This document shows positions 9,938 to 18,320 of a stretch of 62,968 nucleotides of DNA, in pieces. Numbering within the stretch: the stretch's first letter is position 1; each line of letters begins with the position of its first letter. The stretch is taken from the NCBI GenBank assembly GCA_036374695.1, contig DASUTF010000269.1, positions 1 through 62,968 on the forward strand. The letters are read 5' to 3'. The stretch is from Pyrinomonadaceae bacterium (GTDB lineage: Bacteria; Acidobacteriota; Blastocatellia; Pyrinomonadales; Pyrinomonadaceae). The position numbers were made by a program, and so were the translations under genes. Below the pieces are notes generated by a model. That model saw only the letters and a list, made by a program, of their open reading frames with translations, made no database searches and was not told the DNA's origin.

Positions 9938-11318
9938 AGAGGCTCTCGATTTTCCGGCGAGTGGTTTGTAGCTGCGACTGGAATTCGAATTCATCTACGG
10001 TAGTGACCTTATCGTTCCGATAGACTTCTTTTCCCGCCACCATCGTCATTCGAACATCGCGTCCTGAAGAGGAAAAAATGAGCGTATCCACCGGATTCGT
10101 GGGCGGTTGCTGATGAGCGCTGTCGAGCGCCACGGCAATAATGTCAGCCTGCATTCCTTCTGCCAGCGAGCCAATCTGACGATCAAGTCCCAGGGCCCGG
10201 GCGCCGCCGAGCGTGGCCGCGAAGAGGGCATCAGTGGCACAGACTTCAGTCTGTGGTGCACTCGAGTCACGACTCAGACTGAAGTCTGTGCCACAAACCC
10301 GCGCCAGCAACGTCGCAAAGCGCGCTTCTTCGAGAATGTCACAGTTGTTGTTGCTGGCCACCGAATCGCTGCCCAGGCCAACATTCAAATTCGCCCTGAG
10401 AAACCCGGGGAATGGCGCTCGCCCATGGCGCAGCTTCGCGTTCGATTTGGGACAATGAGCGACGCCCGCGCCCGCGCCGCGAATCGTTTCAATATCCGCG
10501 TCGTTGACAGTTACGCAATGGGCAAGCAACGGCCGCGTTTCCAACACGCCGTGCCGGGCCAAATACTCGATCGTCGATAGCTTCTGTGGTTCCCAATCAA
10601 TGCCGCGCGCGCGCAAGCCCTCGGCGAATGGTCCGGTCCCCTCAAGCATGAACAACGCTTCTGCTTCAGATTCGGCTGCATGCATCATCAGCGGCAGTTT
10701 TTCGTCGAGAGCCAGCCGCGAAATTAATTCGAGTTGTGCCGCGCTGACAGTGTAGGGCGCATGCGGCGACACGCCGGCGCGTACATTCGCTGATGCCAGA
10801 GCGCGCAATTCCTCAAGTTGCGCGCCTAGCGTCGAAACGTTCTCGGCCGCGAGCAGCGGATCCGGCCCAAACGACTCCTGGTACACAATTCCGCGCAGGC
10901 CGATCTTGCGCAAAGCCTTCATCGACTGCGCCGCGGCTGAACTTGAATCGCCGACGCACGTTATTCCGGCGCGCGCCGCTTCGATCGCGCCGCAGGCGGC
11001 TGAAACAAAAAGATCGGCGGCGGTCATCGACAGACGCGCGACGGTCAACTTCCGCAGCCATGCGAAAAAGTCAGTCTCCACGCTTTCCAGAAAGCCGCGC
11101 ATGACCGTCAACTCGAGGTGCGAATGGGCGTTGACCAGTCCCGGCAAAAGAACGCTGGCGCCGAAATCCGTGACCACCGCATGAGGGAAACGCGCGCTGA
11201 GAGCTTCCCGGGCGCCGGCACCGACGATCATTTCGCCGGCCACGGCCACCGCTCCATTCTCAATCGGCGGTGACGCGATTGGCAGCACCCAGCGCGCTGA
11301 ATAGATCGCCGTCATCAA
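9936..11318 (-). CDS. Amidohydrolase-superfamily deaminase/chlorohydrolase (MtaD/SsnA/TRZ-ATZ-like)
   Basis: LLPGLVNAHSHLELT metal-binding motif, HAAES, HCV, GLGSDS. Carries an in-frame palindromic insertion (see 10234..10294). Confidence 0.8.
   Translation of the reverse strand: MMTAIYSARWVLPIASPPIENGAVAVAGEMIVGAGAREALSARFPHAVVTDFGASVLLPGLVNAHSHLELTVMRGFLESVETDFFAWLRKLTVARLSMTAADLFVSAACGAIEAARAGITCVGDSSSAAAQSMKALRKIGLRGIVYQESFGPDPLLAAENVSTLGAQLEELRALASANVRAGVSPHAPYTVSAAQLELISRLALDEKLPLMMHAAESEAEALFMLEGTGPFAEGLRARGIDWEPQKLSTIEYLARHGVLETRPLLAHCVTVNDADIETIRGAGAGVAHCPKSNAKLRHGRAPFPGFLRANLNVGLGSDSVASNNNCDILEEARFATLLARVCGTDFSLSRDSSAPQTEVCATDALFAATLGGARALGLDRQIGSLAEGMQADIIAVALDSAHQQPPTNPVDTLIFSSSGRDVRMTMVAGKEVYRNDKVTTVDEFEFQSQLQTTRRKIESL
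10234..10294. repeat. Perfect 20-bp inverted repeat embedded in the amidohydrolase CDS
   Basis: GTGGCACAGACTTCAGTCTG (10234..10253) and CAGACTGAAGTCTGTGCCAC (10275..10294) are exact reverse complements separated by 21 nt. Translated in frame as ...CGTDFSLSRDSSAPQTEVCAT... Confidence 0.9.
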
Positions 11319-11924
11319 TTATTCGTGACGCCACTCAAAGGGCGGCGCCAATCTTCCTCTGGCGGATTTCACTTCGCGATAACGGCGGAGAATTGAGGTG
11401 ACGTAGGCGCGCGTCGACGGAATGTCGATGCGCTCGATGAACTGTTGTTCGTTAAGCGGCGGCGCGCCCTCGGGCACGCGAGCCCATTCGACCACGCGGC
11501 TGTTTCCTGCGTTGTAGGCGGCGAGCATGCGCGCTTCGCTCCCCGGTGTGTTCTTGTATTGCTCCCCGAACTTGCCGAGATACCAGGAACCTATTTGCAC
11601 GTTTCGTTCGGGTGCGGCCAATAAGCTCTCGGGATCAGCTGCATTTGCGGGCGGCGCTTCCGGCGCGCCGCTTTGGGCGACCCATTCGCGCGCCACCGTC
11701 GGGGTGACCTGCATCAATCCAATCTCGCCTTTGTCGCCTCTCTTCCACGGACTGAAATACGTCTCTTCGTACATGATGCTCCACACCAGATCAGGATCGA
11801 CCTTGTGTCGCGCCGATTCGCTGGCAATTAACGAGTCGTATCGATGAATCCAGTACTGATCGAAAAGGTAAGCAGCGCCGGCCAGCAGAATTACTGCGAA
11901 GAGAATGATGACGACGCGCTTCAT
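11319..11924 (-). CDS. Membrane-anchored lytic transglycosylase (SLT domain)
   Basis: N-terminal TM helix VVIILFAVILLAGAAYL. SLT motifs MYEETYF...GEIGLMQVTP...AAYNAGNSRV. Confidence 0.85.
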   Translation of the reverse strand: MKRVVIILFAVILLAGAAYLFDQYWIHRYDSLIASESARHKVDPDLVWSIMYEETYFSPWKRGDKGEIGLMQVTPTVAREWVAQSGAPEAPPANAADPESLLAAPERNVQIGSWYLGKFGEQYKNTPGSEARMLAAYNAGNSRVVEWARVPEGAPPLNEQQFIERIDIPSTRAYVTSILRRYREVKSARGRLAPPFEWRHE

Positions 11925-11948
11925 TGAATCCGGGTGGTGAGACTCAAG

Positions 11949-12743
11949 CTAGTTGCGCCGTGAGAAATGTGCCCAGAGATCGGCAGTGGCATACGCCTGA
12001 TCGACACCTTCGTAGTGCATTCGCATCGCGCGCGAATCGAGCACGTGTCCCTGCAACCAGACTTCGGCTGAGAGTGTCGCGCCCACTTCCAGTTTGCCGC
12101 CGGTCAGCGCACGCGCGTTCACCAGCACTTCGAGTTTTAGCCGATCGAGCTGCACGTAGATCCAGTAAAGTTCGGTACCTGAAAGAGGGTTGATGAGCGG
12201 CTTGAACGCGATGACGCGGCCGCGAAGGATCCAATCGTTCTCATGCGCGGCGCGTGAAGGAGCGGCACGCTCAAGCGGCAGCCAGCGCGGATCCATCTCG
12301 CGCGAACACACGCGGGCGCGATACGCCAGGCCGCACAGGCCGACATGCAACTCCGGCGCGCGAAATCCCGACACGCCGACTTCGGTAAGGTTTTGCAATT
12401 CGAAAAGGACTTCGGTCTCGGTGCCGTCGCAGTAGCCGTGGACCACTGCCTCGCCGGCTTCGTCGTACTCAGTCAAAGCCCACGGCGCAATCCTTTGTGA
12501 GTAGCGCGCGCGAAATCCAGGACGGCAGTTTGCGTAAAAAACATCGCCGGTGCCTGATTCATATAGCACGGTCCAGACTTCGAGACCCTCGCCGAGCTTC
12601 CAGCAGCGGCCGTGAAGCACTCCGCCGCGTCGCGAGAGCTGGCTCGCCTCGCCCTGGTTTTCGGCGCGTTCGGCGAGAAAGTTGATGGCCTTCTCAGTCG
12701 GTACTTCGAGCCCGATGGTTTCGAAAGTGGCGTCCATCGTCAT
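11949..12743 (-). CDS. Hypothetical protein (264 aa)
   Basis: Long ORF with coding-like composition. Its ATG overlaps the stop of the upstream 73-aa ORF (ATGA). No family recognised. Confidence 0.55.
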   Translation of the reverse strand: MTMDATFETIGLEVPTEKAINFLAERAENQGEASQLSRRGGVLHGRCWKLGEGLEVWTVLYESGTGDVFYANCRPGFRARYSQRIAPWALTEYDEAGEAVVHGYCDGTETEVLFELQNLTEVGVSGFRAPELHVGLCGLAYRARVCSREMDPRWLPLERAAPSRAAHENDWILRGRVIAFKPLINPLSGTELYWIYVQLDRLKLEVLVNARALTGGKLEVGATLSAEVWLQGHVLDSRAMRMHYEGVDQAYATADLWAHFSRRN

Positions 12744-12961
12744 CGCGCAGCCCGTTTCGGCTTGGGCAAAGTTTCGTCGTCGTGAGTTTCTTCCCGTGGC
12801 GCACGCTTCCGGAAGCCGCGAATGTTGCGCACGCTTCCATGCTGCGGTTGCACTCCGGAGCGGACCATTTCGGTAAACAGATCGACGTCGTAATCAGCTT
12901 CGCGCGACATGGTCTCGCGAATGCGAATCAGGACGGTTAAGAATTTGGGTCGTCGGTACAT
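12740..12961 (-). CDS. Small hypothetical protein (73 aa)
   Basis: MYRRPKFLTVLIRIRETMSREADYDVDLFTEMVRSG... with a basic C-terminal tail. 4-nt ATGA overlap with the next gene suggests translational coupling. Confidence 0.45.
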   Translation of the reverse strand: MYRRPKFLTVLIRIRETMSREADYDVDLFTEMVRSGVQPQHGSVRNIRGFRKRAPREETHDDETLPKPKRAAR

Positions 12962-12964
12962 GAA

Positions 12965-13066
12965 AGCAGAAATCAGATTTCAAGTCTCAAATCTCAATCT
13001 CAGATCTCAGAAGCAGATTAACTTGTTCCAAACTACACTCATCAAACTCTAAGACCAAAGACCAAA
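12965..13066. repeat. Oligo-word low-complexity tract (TCTCARA words, AAGACCAAAGACCAAAAA)
   Basis: tcaagtctcaaatctcaatctcagatctcag ... taagaccaaagaccaaaaa. The AAGACCAAAGACC word recurs at 56780..56843. Confidence 0.7.
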
Positions 13067-13069
13067 AAT

Positions 13070-13549
13070 CTAGGCCGTCTTTTTCTCAGAGGCTTCAGAA
13101 ACCAAAAACTCCGGCGTTACGATCATGGGAACAAAAAATCCGGCGGCTGTATTGAACAATCGAATGCGTGCTTGCCGCCGCACGTTCGCAAGATGGCCGA
13201 AGTTCCATGTAACTAGATAGTCGATTTTGTGAAACGAAGCAACTGCCACGTGTAAAGCGTCGGCGATGTACTTGCGATGAAAGATCCCGCGCGACACGTA
13301 GCCCTCGGCCAGGATCGCGCACTCTTCCGTCAGTTCAACCTGCTCGAGACCGCGGATCAATTTTAAATATGCGGCGCGATGCGGTTCTTCGGTGCGCTCA
13401 AGCTCGCGCACGACGATCTGCGAGATCACCGCGCGATACTGCGACAGCTCGTGTTCCCACCAACGAATCGTCAGATCGCGACGGAATGGCTCGCCGTTGT
13501 CGAGGTATGCTCCGATGATGGATGTTTCAAGATACGCGCTCGGTTTCAT
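13070..13549 (-). CDS. PIN-domain-like protein (VapC-type fold), no adjacent antitoxin
   Basis: N-terminal YLETSIIG, central DALHVAVA, C-terminal DYLVTWNFGHL resemble the acidic-residue layout of PIN nucleases. The start overlaps the stop of the upstream protease gene (ATGA). Confidence 0.5.
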   Translation of the reverse strand: MKPSAYLETSIIGAYLDNGEPFRRDLTIRWWEHELSQYRAVISQIVVRELERTEEPHRAAYLKLIRGLEQVELTEECAILAEGYVSRGIFHRKYIADALHVAVASFHKIDYLVTWNFGHLANVRRQARIRLFNTAAGFFVPMIVTPEFLVSEASEKKTA

Positions 13550-15171
13550 GGGGCGCTGGTTTCCTGTGGCAGAGGCTCACCGGCAGGCCGGGGCGCCTCG
13601 AGCGGCTCGAAGCGCACGATGGCGCGGCGAAAATCGAAAATCACGCGAAAGTGGCGGAGGAAATTTCCGCCCAGGATGCCACTTTGCTGAAATCCCGCCG
13701 TCTCGTTGATCGGTTCGAGGTCGAGCACCGCGGCGCTGATCTTTTCCCGCGAGTAACTACCCACGACGACCTTGGGCAGCAGGGCAACCTTTACGTTTTC
13801 GGCAATACCAGCGGCCCCGAAAACACGCATTCGATCGTCCTGAATGAAAGCAGTCGCGTCGTCGAGTGCGGCGGCCCGCTCAGAAAGCACGCTCACAGTT
13901 GCGCCAGTATCGATGATGAAATTCAGAGGCTTTTTGATCCCTTCGATTGTGACTTCGCCGCTGAGAAAGCCGCTCGCCGTCGTGCGTACGGCAACGTCAA
14001 CTCCGGGACGGGTGGTGCCTGGTGTAACATCTCGCCAGCTCAGCCCGCCAACTGCGGTGTCCAGGTTCAGAGCATTCCGCGGCTTTACTAATGTCATCTT
14101 GCGGCTTCCGTAATCGACGGCGGTTACCAGCCGGGCCAGCGCGGCAATTCCCAGGTAGCCGTCAACGCGCGTTTGCATGTCATGAAAATGCCGAATGTAG
14201 ACCGGAATGTTTTCGACCCGAATGTCGCCAATATCCATCGAGTTGATGAAGCCGTACACGATCTCAAAACGTCCGCCGCCGCCCACGGCCCGCGCCAACC
14301 CACCACGCGCAACCGACCTGATGCCCAGCTTGCGTGCTGTCTCTTCAGAGAGGACGGACATCCCTGAACCCGTATCCAGGACGAATCGGAGGGGAGTCTT
14401 CGATCCATTGACTCGAATATTGAGGATCGGCCGGTTGTCGAAGGCTTCGAAAGGCACCACCGCGCGTTCACCGCTGACGTCATAGAGCGAGTTTTGTTGT
14501 CCAATGTAACGCAGAAAATCGATCAACCCACGAATCCGGGCGCGACGGTCAGCGTCAGTGCTGGGCGCGATCATCAGAAAGCGCTCATACGCGTCGGCAG
14601 CTTCTCGGTACCGTTCGGAGCGCGCGGCCGCCTGGCCTAAACTGAAAAGATAATCCGGCTCGTTCCCGTCGATGCTGGCGGCGCGCCGAAGTTTCGCCAG
14701 CGCGTCAAGCGTCCGATTCTCATAGAAATCAACCATGGCCAATCCGGCGATGGCCATCGCCTCTCCGGCATCGAGTGTCAGCGCGGTGCGAAACTCTTCG
14801 ATCGAAAGTCGAAAATCTCCCGAAGCCAGAATGGCCGCGCCCAATAGCGAATGCGCGCGAGCGGACTGCGGATCGATGGCAATCACGCGGGCCGCGTGAT
14901 CGAATGAATCCTGCAAGCGACGTTGTTTGAGCAAAGCCTTGCTCAACCCGAGCCGTGCCTCAACGTCGCGATCGTCCTTCTTGAGGATGTCACGGTAGAG
15001 CTGCTCAGCGCGTGCGAAATCTCCAGAGCGCAAAGATTTCAGGGCCTTTTCACGATCCTTTTTGCTGTCCGCGAACGCAGGAGCGGAAAGGATTAAGAAG
15101 AGCAGCAGTAGGGAAACACGACGAATGAGCGGATGGAATGAAGTTATTTGGGGGGTTGCGGTTAGTTCCAT
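13546..15171 (-). CDS. Secreted TPR-repeat protein with two retropepsin-like aspartic protease domains
   Basis: Signal peptide LLLLFLILSAPAFA. TPR-like repeats in the N-terminal half. Two D-T-G active-site motifs (FVLDTGSGMSVLSEE and FIIDTGATVSVLSER). Confidence 0.75.
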   Translation of the reverse strand: MELTATPQITSFHPLIRRVSLLLLFLILSAPAFADSKKDREKALKSLRSGDFARAEQLYRDILKKDDRDVEARLGLSKALLKQRRLQDSFDHAARVIAIDPQSARAHSLLGAAILASGDFRLSIEEFRTALTLDAGEAMAIAGLAMVDFYENRTLDALAKLRRAASIDGNEPDYLFSLGQAAARSERYREAADAYERFLMIAPSTDADRRARIRGLIDFLRYIGQQNSLYDVSGERAVVPFEAFDNRPILNIRVNGSKTPLRFVLDTGSGMSVLSEETARKLGIRSVARGGLARAVGGGGRFEIVYGFINSMDIGDIRVENIPVYIRHFHDMQTRVDGYLGIAALARLVTAVDYGSRKMTLVKPRNALNLDTAVGGLSWRDVTPGTTRPGVDVAVRTTASGFLSGEVTIEGIKKPLNFIIDTGATVSVLSERAAALDDATAFIQDDRMRVFGAAGIAENVKVALLPKVVVGSYSREKISAAVLDLEPINETAGFQQSGILGGNFLRHFRVIFDFRRAIVRFEPLEAPRPAGEPLPQETSAP

Positions 15172-15176
15172 GATCG

Positions 15177-15842
15177 TTACTTCAGAACTTTTCCCGTTCT
15201 CATCGACCAGAGTACCAGATCTAACTCGTCAAAGTTGATGCCGACTTCGTCAGCGAAACTTTTCATCCGCTGCTCGGCTTCAAGATAGCGATTACGGGTC
15301 GTAGGCGGCTTCGGCGAATCGATGACGCCCAGCTCTGACAGGCAGCGCACAATGTGCTTGTCCAGAATCCCGTACCCTTTGAAGCCAATATTACGCAAAA
15401 AGTGGCTTGCTTCTTTGTAGCCGAGTCCTTTAATGCCTGGCGTCCGCGCCAGCCAGTCGCGCCGATCGTGTGGGTCGCGAAACTCATTCAGACGATCACG
15501 CAGCCGCATCGATACAGTCTGGCGCAAATAATCGCGCGTGCAAACTATGTGCGCCGCTCGTACATTGTGAAATCGATATGCCGGAGGTTTCTTGAGCGCG
15601 CGCGTGATTGCCGCGCGACTGCCACTGCCGAGTAAGGGCCTGATCGCGTCCACCGCAGTTGCACCCATCGTGGCGGAAGAGCCGGCAGTGAAAATGCAGT
15701 ACACCATTTCTTCCCACAGGCGGGCATCAGAACGGCTTCGCCAGACAGAGTCGAACTCACGAAGCCGGGCACGAATTTCTCGGCGACGCGTGTGATGCGT
15801 AATGCGGAGTCGATCGATGGTGACAGGTTCCTGAACGCGCAT
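15177..15842 (-). CDS. ogg: Archaeal-type 8-oxoguanine DNA glycosylase/AP lyase (Ogg2 family)
   Basis: HhH-GPD signature PGIKGLGYKEASHFLRNIGFKGYGILDKHI. The track ORF extends to 16046, but that extension (..WHGRRTRENHAQDSRAT..) is translated from a family A repeat, so ATG at 15842 is preferred. Confidence 0.8.
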   Translation of the reverse strand: MRVQEPVTIDRLRITHHTRRREIRARLREFDSVWRSRSDARLWEEMVYCIFTAGSSATMGATAVDAIRPLLGSGSRAAITRALKKPPAYRFHNVRAAHIVCTRDYLRQTVSMRLRDRLNEFRDPHDRRDWLARTPGIKGLGYKEASHFLRNIGFKGYGILDKHIVRCLSELGVIDSPKPPTTRNRYLEAEQRMKSFADEVGINFDELDLVLWSMRTGKVLK

Positions 15843-15930
15843 GTGTCGTACTCGCGGAGAGACGGCGTTAAATCTGCCTGCGATTCTAGGAGCGGGAAAA
15901 TTCGCTGTCAATAAATTCACCCTGGCAGGC

Positions 15931-15981
15931 GTGGCACGCGAATCCTGCGCGTGATTCTCACGGGTGCGACGCCCGTGCCAA
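15931..15981. repeat. Family A double-hairpin repeat, copy 2 (inverted orientation)
   Basis: Reverse complement TTGGCACGGGCGTCGCACCCGTGAGAATCACGCGCAGGATTCGCGTGCCAC aligns base for base with copy 1, with a few substitutions. Confidence 0.85.
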
Positions 15982-16060
15982 GGACATGCATCCGCGGGGT
16001 ATGCGGCTCGCATCAAAGGTGGGCGCTTTCGTTCGCGGAAGCGCACGCGGTATTCGTGTT

Positions 16061-17500
16061 ATGATCGGTTACGACACCATGCCAGTTGATTCCCACAAGC
16101 GGCGAACGCGAGATCGGAAGTGGTTACGCAGTATAGCGGCGCTTTTCGCGTTGGCTCTTTTCGCGTTCAGCGGTTCCATTTCGCAAGCCCAGCCGACCGC
16201 GCCGCCTACCGCGAATGGCGCGTCACCAAAGCTCGATTCGCGCGTTAACGGGAACGTTCAGCACGCGCCGGCGAACGCTTCGGTCGCGCGGACGGCGCCG
16301 GCAATCGCACTGGAAGAGTCTCTAACGCCGATTCAAGGCTACCAGGGTGTGCTGGCTGAGACCCTCGACGGGACCACGATTGCCGCTCAAGCAATCGAGA
16401 ATAAATTCAATCCGGCGTCCGCTGTCAAACTGGGAACGGCTTTGGCGGCGCTGAGAAGTTTCGGGCCGAATCATCGCTTTGTCACATCGGTTTGGGCGGC
16501 CGGCACAATTGATCGCGCCACCGGGACGTTGAATGGCGATCTCGTAATCAGCGGCCGCGACCCGTCGTTCCGTTACGAACACGCGGTGATGCTGGCGCGG
16601 CAGTTGAACGAACTGGGAATTAAGACGGTCACGGGAAATCTGATTGTCGCGCCCAGCTTTACGATGAATTTTGACTGGTCGGCCAAACGATCCGGTGAAG
16701 AGTTCGCCGACTCGATTGATTCGGCGACGCGTTCCGGCGCCGCGACACGGGCGTGGCTCGATGATCGATTGCTGATCGGTGACAAGCAGAGCCTCAGCTC
16801 AGTGCCGAGTGTGGCGATCGGCGGAGAGATCGTCATTGGCTCGGCTCCGCCGCATGCGACGCCGCTTGTCACGCGCAGATCGAGCAAGCTGGTCGACATT
16901 CTCAAAGCATTGCTGTGCTACTCGAACAACTTCATGGCCGATCGCCTGGGCGAGACATTCGGAGGCCCGGAAGCCCTGCGCACGCTTCTGATCAATTGGC
17001 TGAAGCTGAATCCGGATGAAGTGTGGTTGGCCACTGCGAGCGGCCTCGGCGTCAATCGCGTCACGCCGCGCGCGATGATGGCGATTCTCCGCGGCCTGCG
17101 TGACGAACTGCGCAAACACAATCTGAAGTTGTCTGACATCATGCCGGTGGCGGGAATCGACCCCGGCACCCTCGAAGATCGCTACACCGATGCTTTTACG
17201 CGCGGTAGTGTCGTCGCAAAAACCGGAACGCTCATCAGCACTGATGGCGGCGCCAGTTCGCTGGTCGGACAGATGAATACGAAGAGCGGCCGAGTCGTTC
17301 TGTTCGTCATCATGAACCAGCGCGGCAGCGTGATTCGTTTCCGCGACAATCAGGACGCGATCGTGACCGCGATTCAAAACACACTCGGCGGGCCGGCGCC
17401 ATTCACTTATCGTCCGGTAGGGCTTTCGATGCGACTCGCGAACTCAAACTACGAAGCTGCAAAGGCGGCCGGCGAATACGAACCACACGAGCAGCAGTAG
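16061..17500 (+). CDS. dacB: D-alanyl-D-alanine carboxypeptidase/endopeptidase, PBP4 (S13) family
   Basis: SxxK (NPASAVK), SxN (YSNNFMAD), KTG (VAKTGTL). Signal-anchor LRSIAALFALALFAF. Start uncertain (ATG 16061 or 16079; track ORF 15986). Confidence 0.85.
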   Translation: MIGYDTMPVDSHKRRTRDRKWLRSIAALFALALFAFSGSISQAQPTAPPTANGASPKLDSRVNGNVQHAPANASVARTAPAIALEESLTPIQGYQGVLAETLDGTTIAAQAIENKFNPASAVKLGTALAALRSFGPNHRFVTSVWAAGTIDRATGTLNGDLVISGRDPSFRYEHAVMLARQLNELGIKTVTGNLIVAPSFTMNFDWSAKRSGEEFADSIDSATRSGAATRAWLDDRLLIGDKQSLSSVPSVAIGGEIVIGSAPPHATPLVTRRSSKLVDILKALLCYSNNFMADRLGETFGGPEALRTLLINWLKLNPDEVWLATASGLGVNRVTPRAMMAILRGLRDELRKHNLKLSDIMPVAGIDPGTLEDRYTDAFTRGSVVAKTGTLISTDGGASSLVGQMNTKSGRVVLFVIMNQRGSVIRFRDNQDAIVTAIQNTLGGPAPFTYRPVGLSMRLANSNYEAAKAAGEYEPHEQQ

Positions 17501-17524
17501 GTTGTTTCGCGGCCAGCGTCAAAC

Positions 17525-18196
17525 ATGCTCAAGGCGCTCACTTTGACGATTGCTTCACTCGCCATCTTTTTTGGTTCGTGCGCCCTACTTCACTCAGACG
17601 TCAATTTTGATAAGAAGTCGCCAAACGGTACCTATCGTGCCAAGGTCCACGTCTGGCAGGAAAGACATGAAACCGGCTATCTGGATCACATTAAGGTTGA
17701 GGTCTTCAAAGGCCAGGAAAACATCCTGGCGTACCATAATCGAGATGAAGATCAATATGAGCGGTCCACCCGTACAAGAGCACAAGTCGTTGAGTGGCTT
17801 AGCGATAATGTTTTACTCATGGGAAGAGATCGCTCCGACCAACCGTTTAGTGACGAACTGAGCGTTACAAACAACACTGACGAGCACGTGGAGTTGTTGG
17901 GAATCGGCTTCGGAAAATATCAATCGCTAAACGTCTTTGACTTAACTCCCAACAGCAAGTTAACGGTTTATGTGTCCCCTGAATTCAAACCAGATGGAAC
18001 ATCTTCCGATTCTCTTGGTTACAGCGGCCAGACTCAAAGCGGAATATCCTTCCAGGGCTCGATAAAACGGACGCAACGAAAGTCTCCTTCCGAGGGACCA
18101 TTCAAGTTTGAGATTATAATTAATCCCAGCGACGTGCCGCGATTTCGATCCAAGATCGCGCCATCCCCATCCTTGGGGAAGAGTTATCAAAACTAA
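17525..18196 (+). CDS. Hypothetical lipoprotein, AT-richer than its neighbours
   Basis: Lipobox-like LAIFFGSC. No family recognised. Visibly lower GC than flanking genes. Confidence 0.55.
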   Translation: MLKALTLTIASLAIFFGSCALLHSDVNFDKKSPNGTYRAKVHVWQERHETGYLDHIKVEVFKGQENILAYHNRDEDQYERSTRTRAQVVEWLSDNVLLMGRDRSDQPFSDELSVTNNTDEHVELLGIGFGKYQSLNVFDLTPNSKLTVYVSPEFKPDGTSSDSLGYSGQTQSGISFQGSIKRTQRKSPSEGPFKFEIIINPSDVPRFRSKIAPSPSLGKSYQN

Positions 18197-18320
18197 TAAG
18201 TGCTTGACACACTCTCGGCGTAAGCAGTAAGCAAGCTCTCCTGACTCATTGCGCAGTCTGATCGCCGGTTGCAATTAACTGACTGCTCACTGCACACTGC
18301 TCACTGCCCACTGACGCAAC

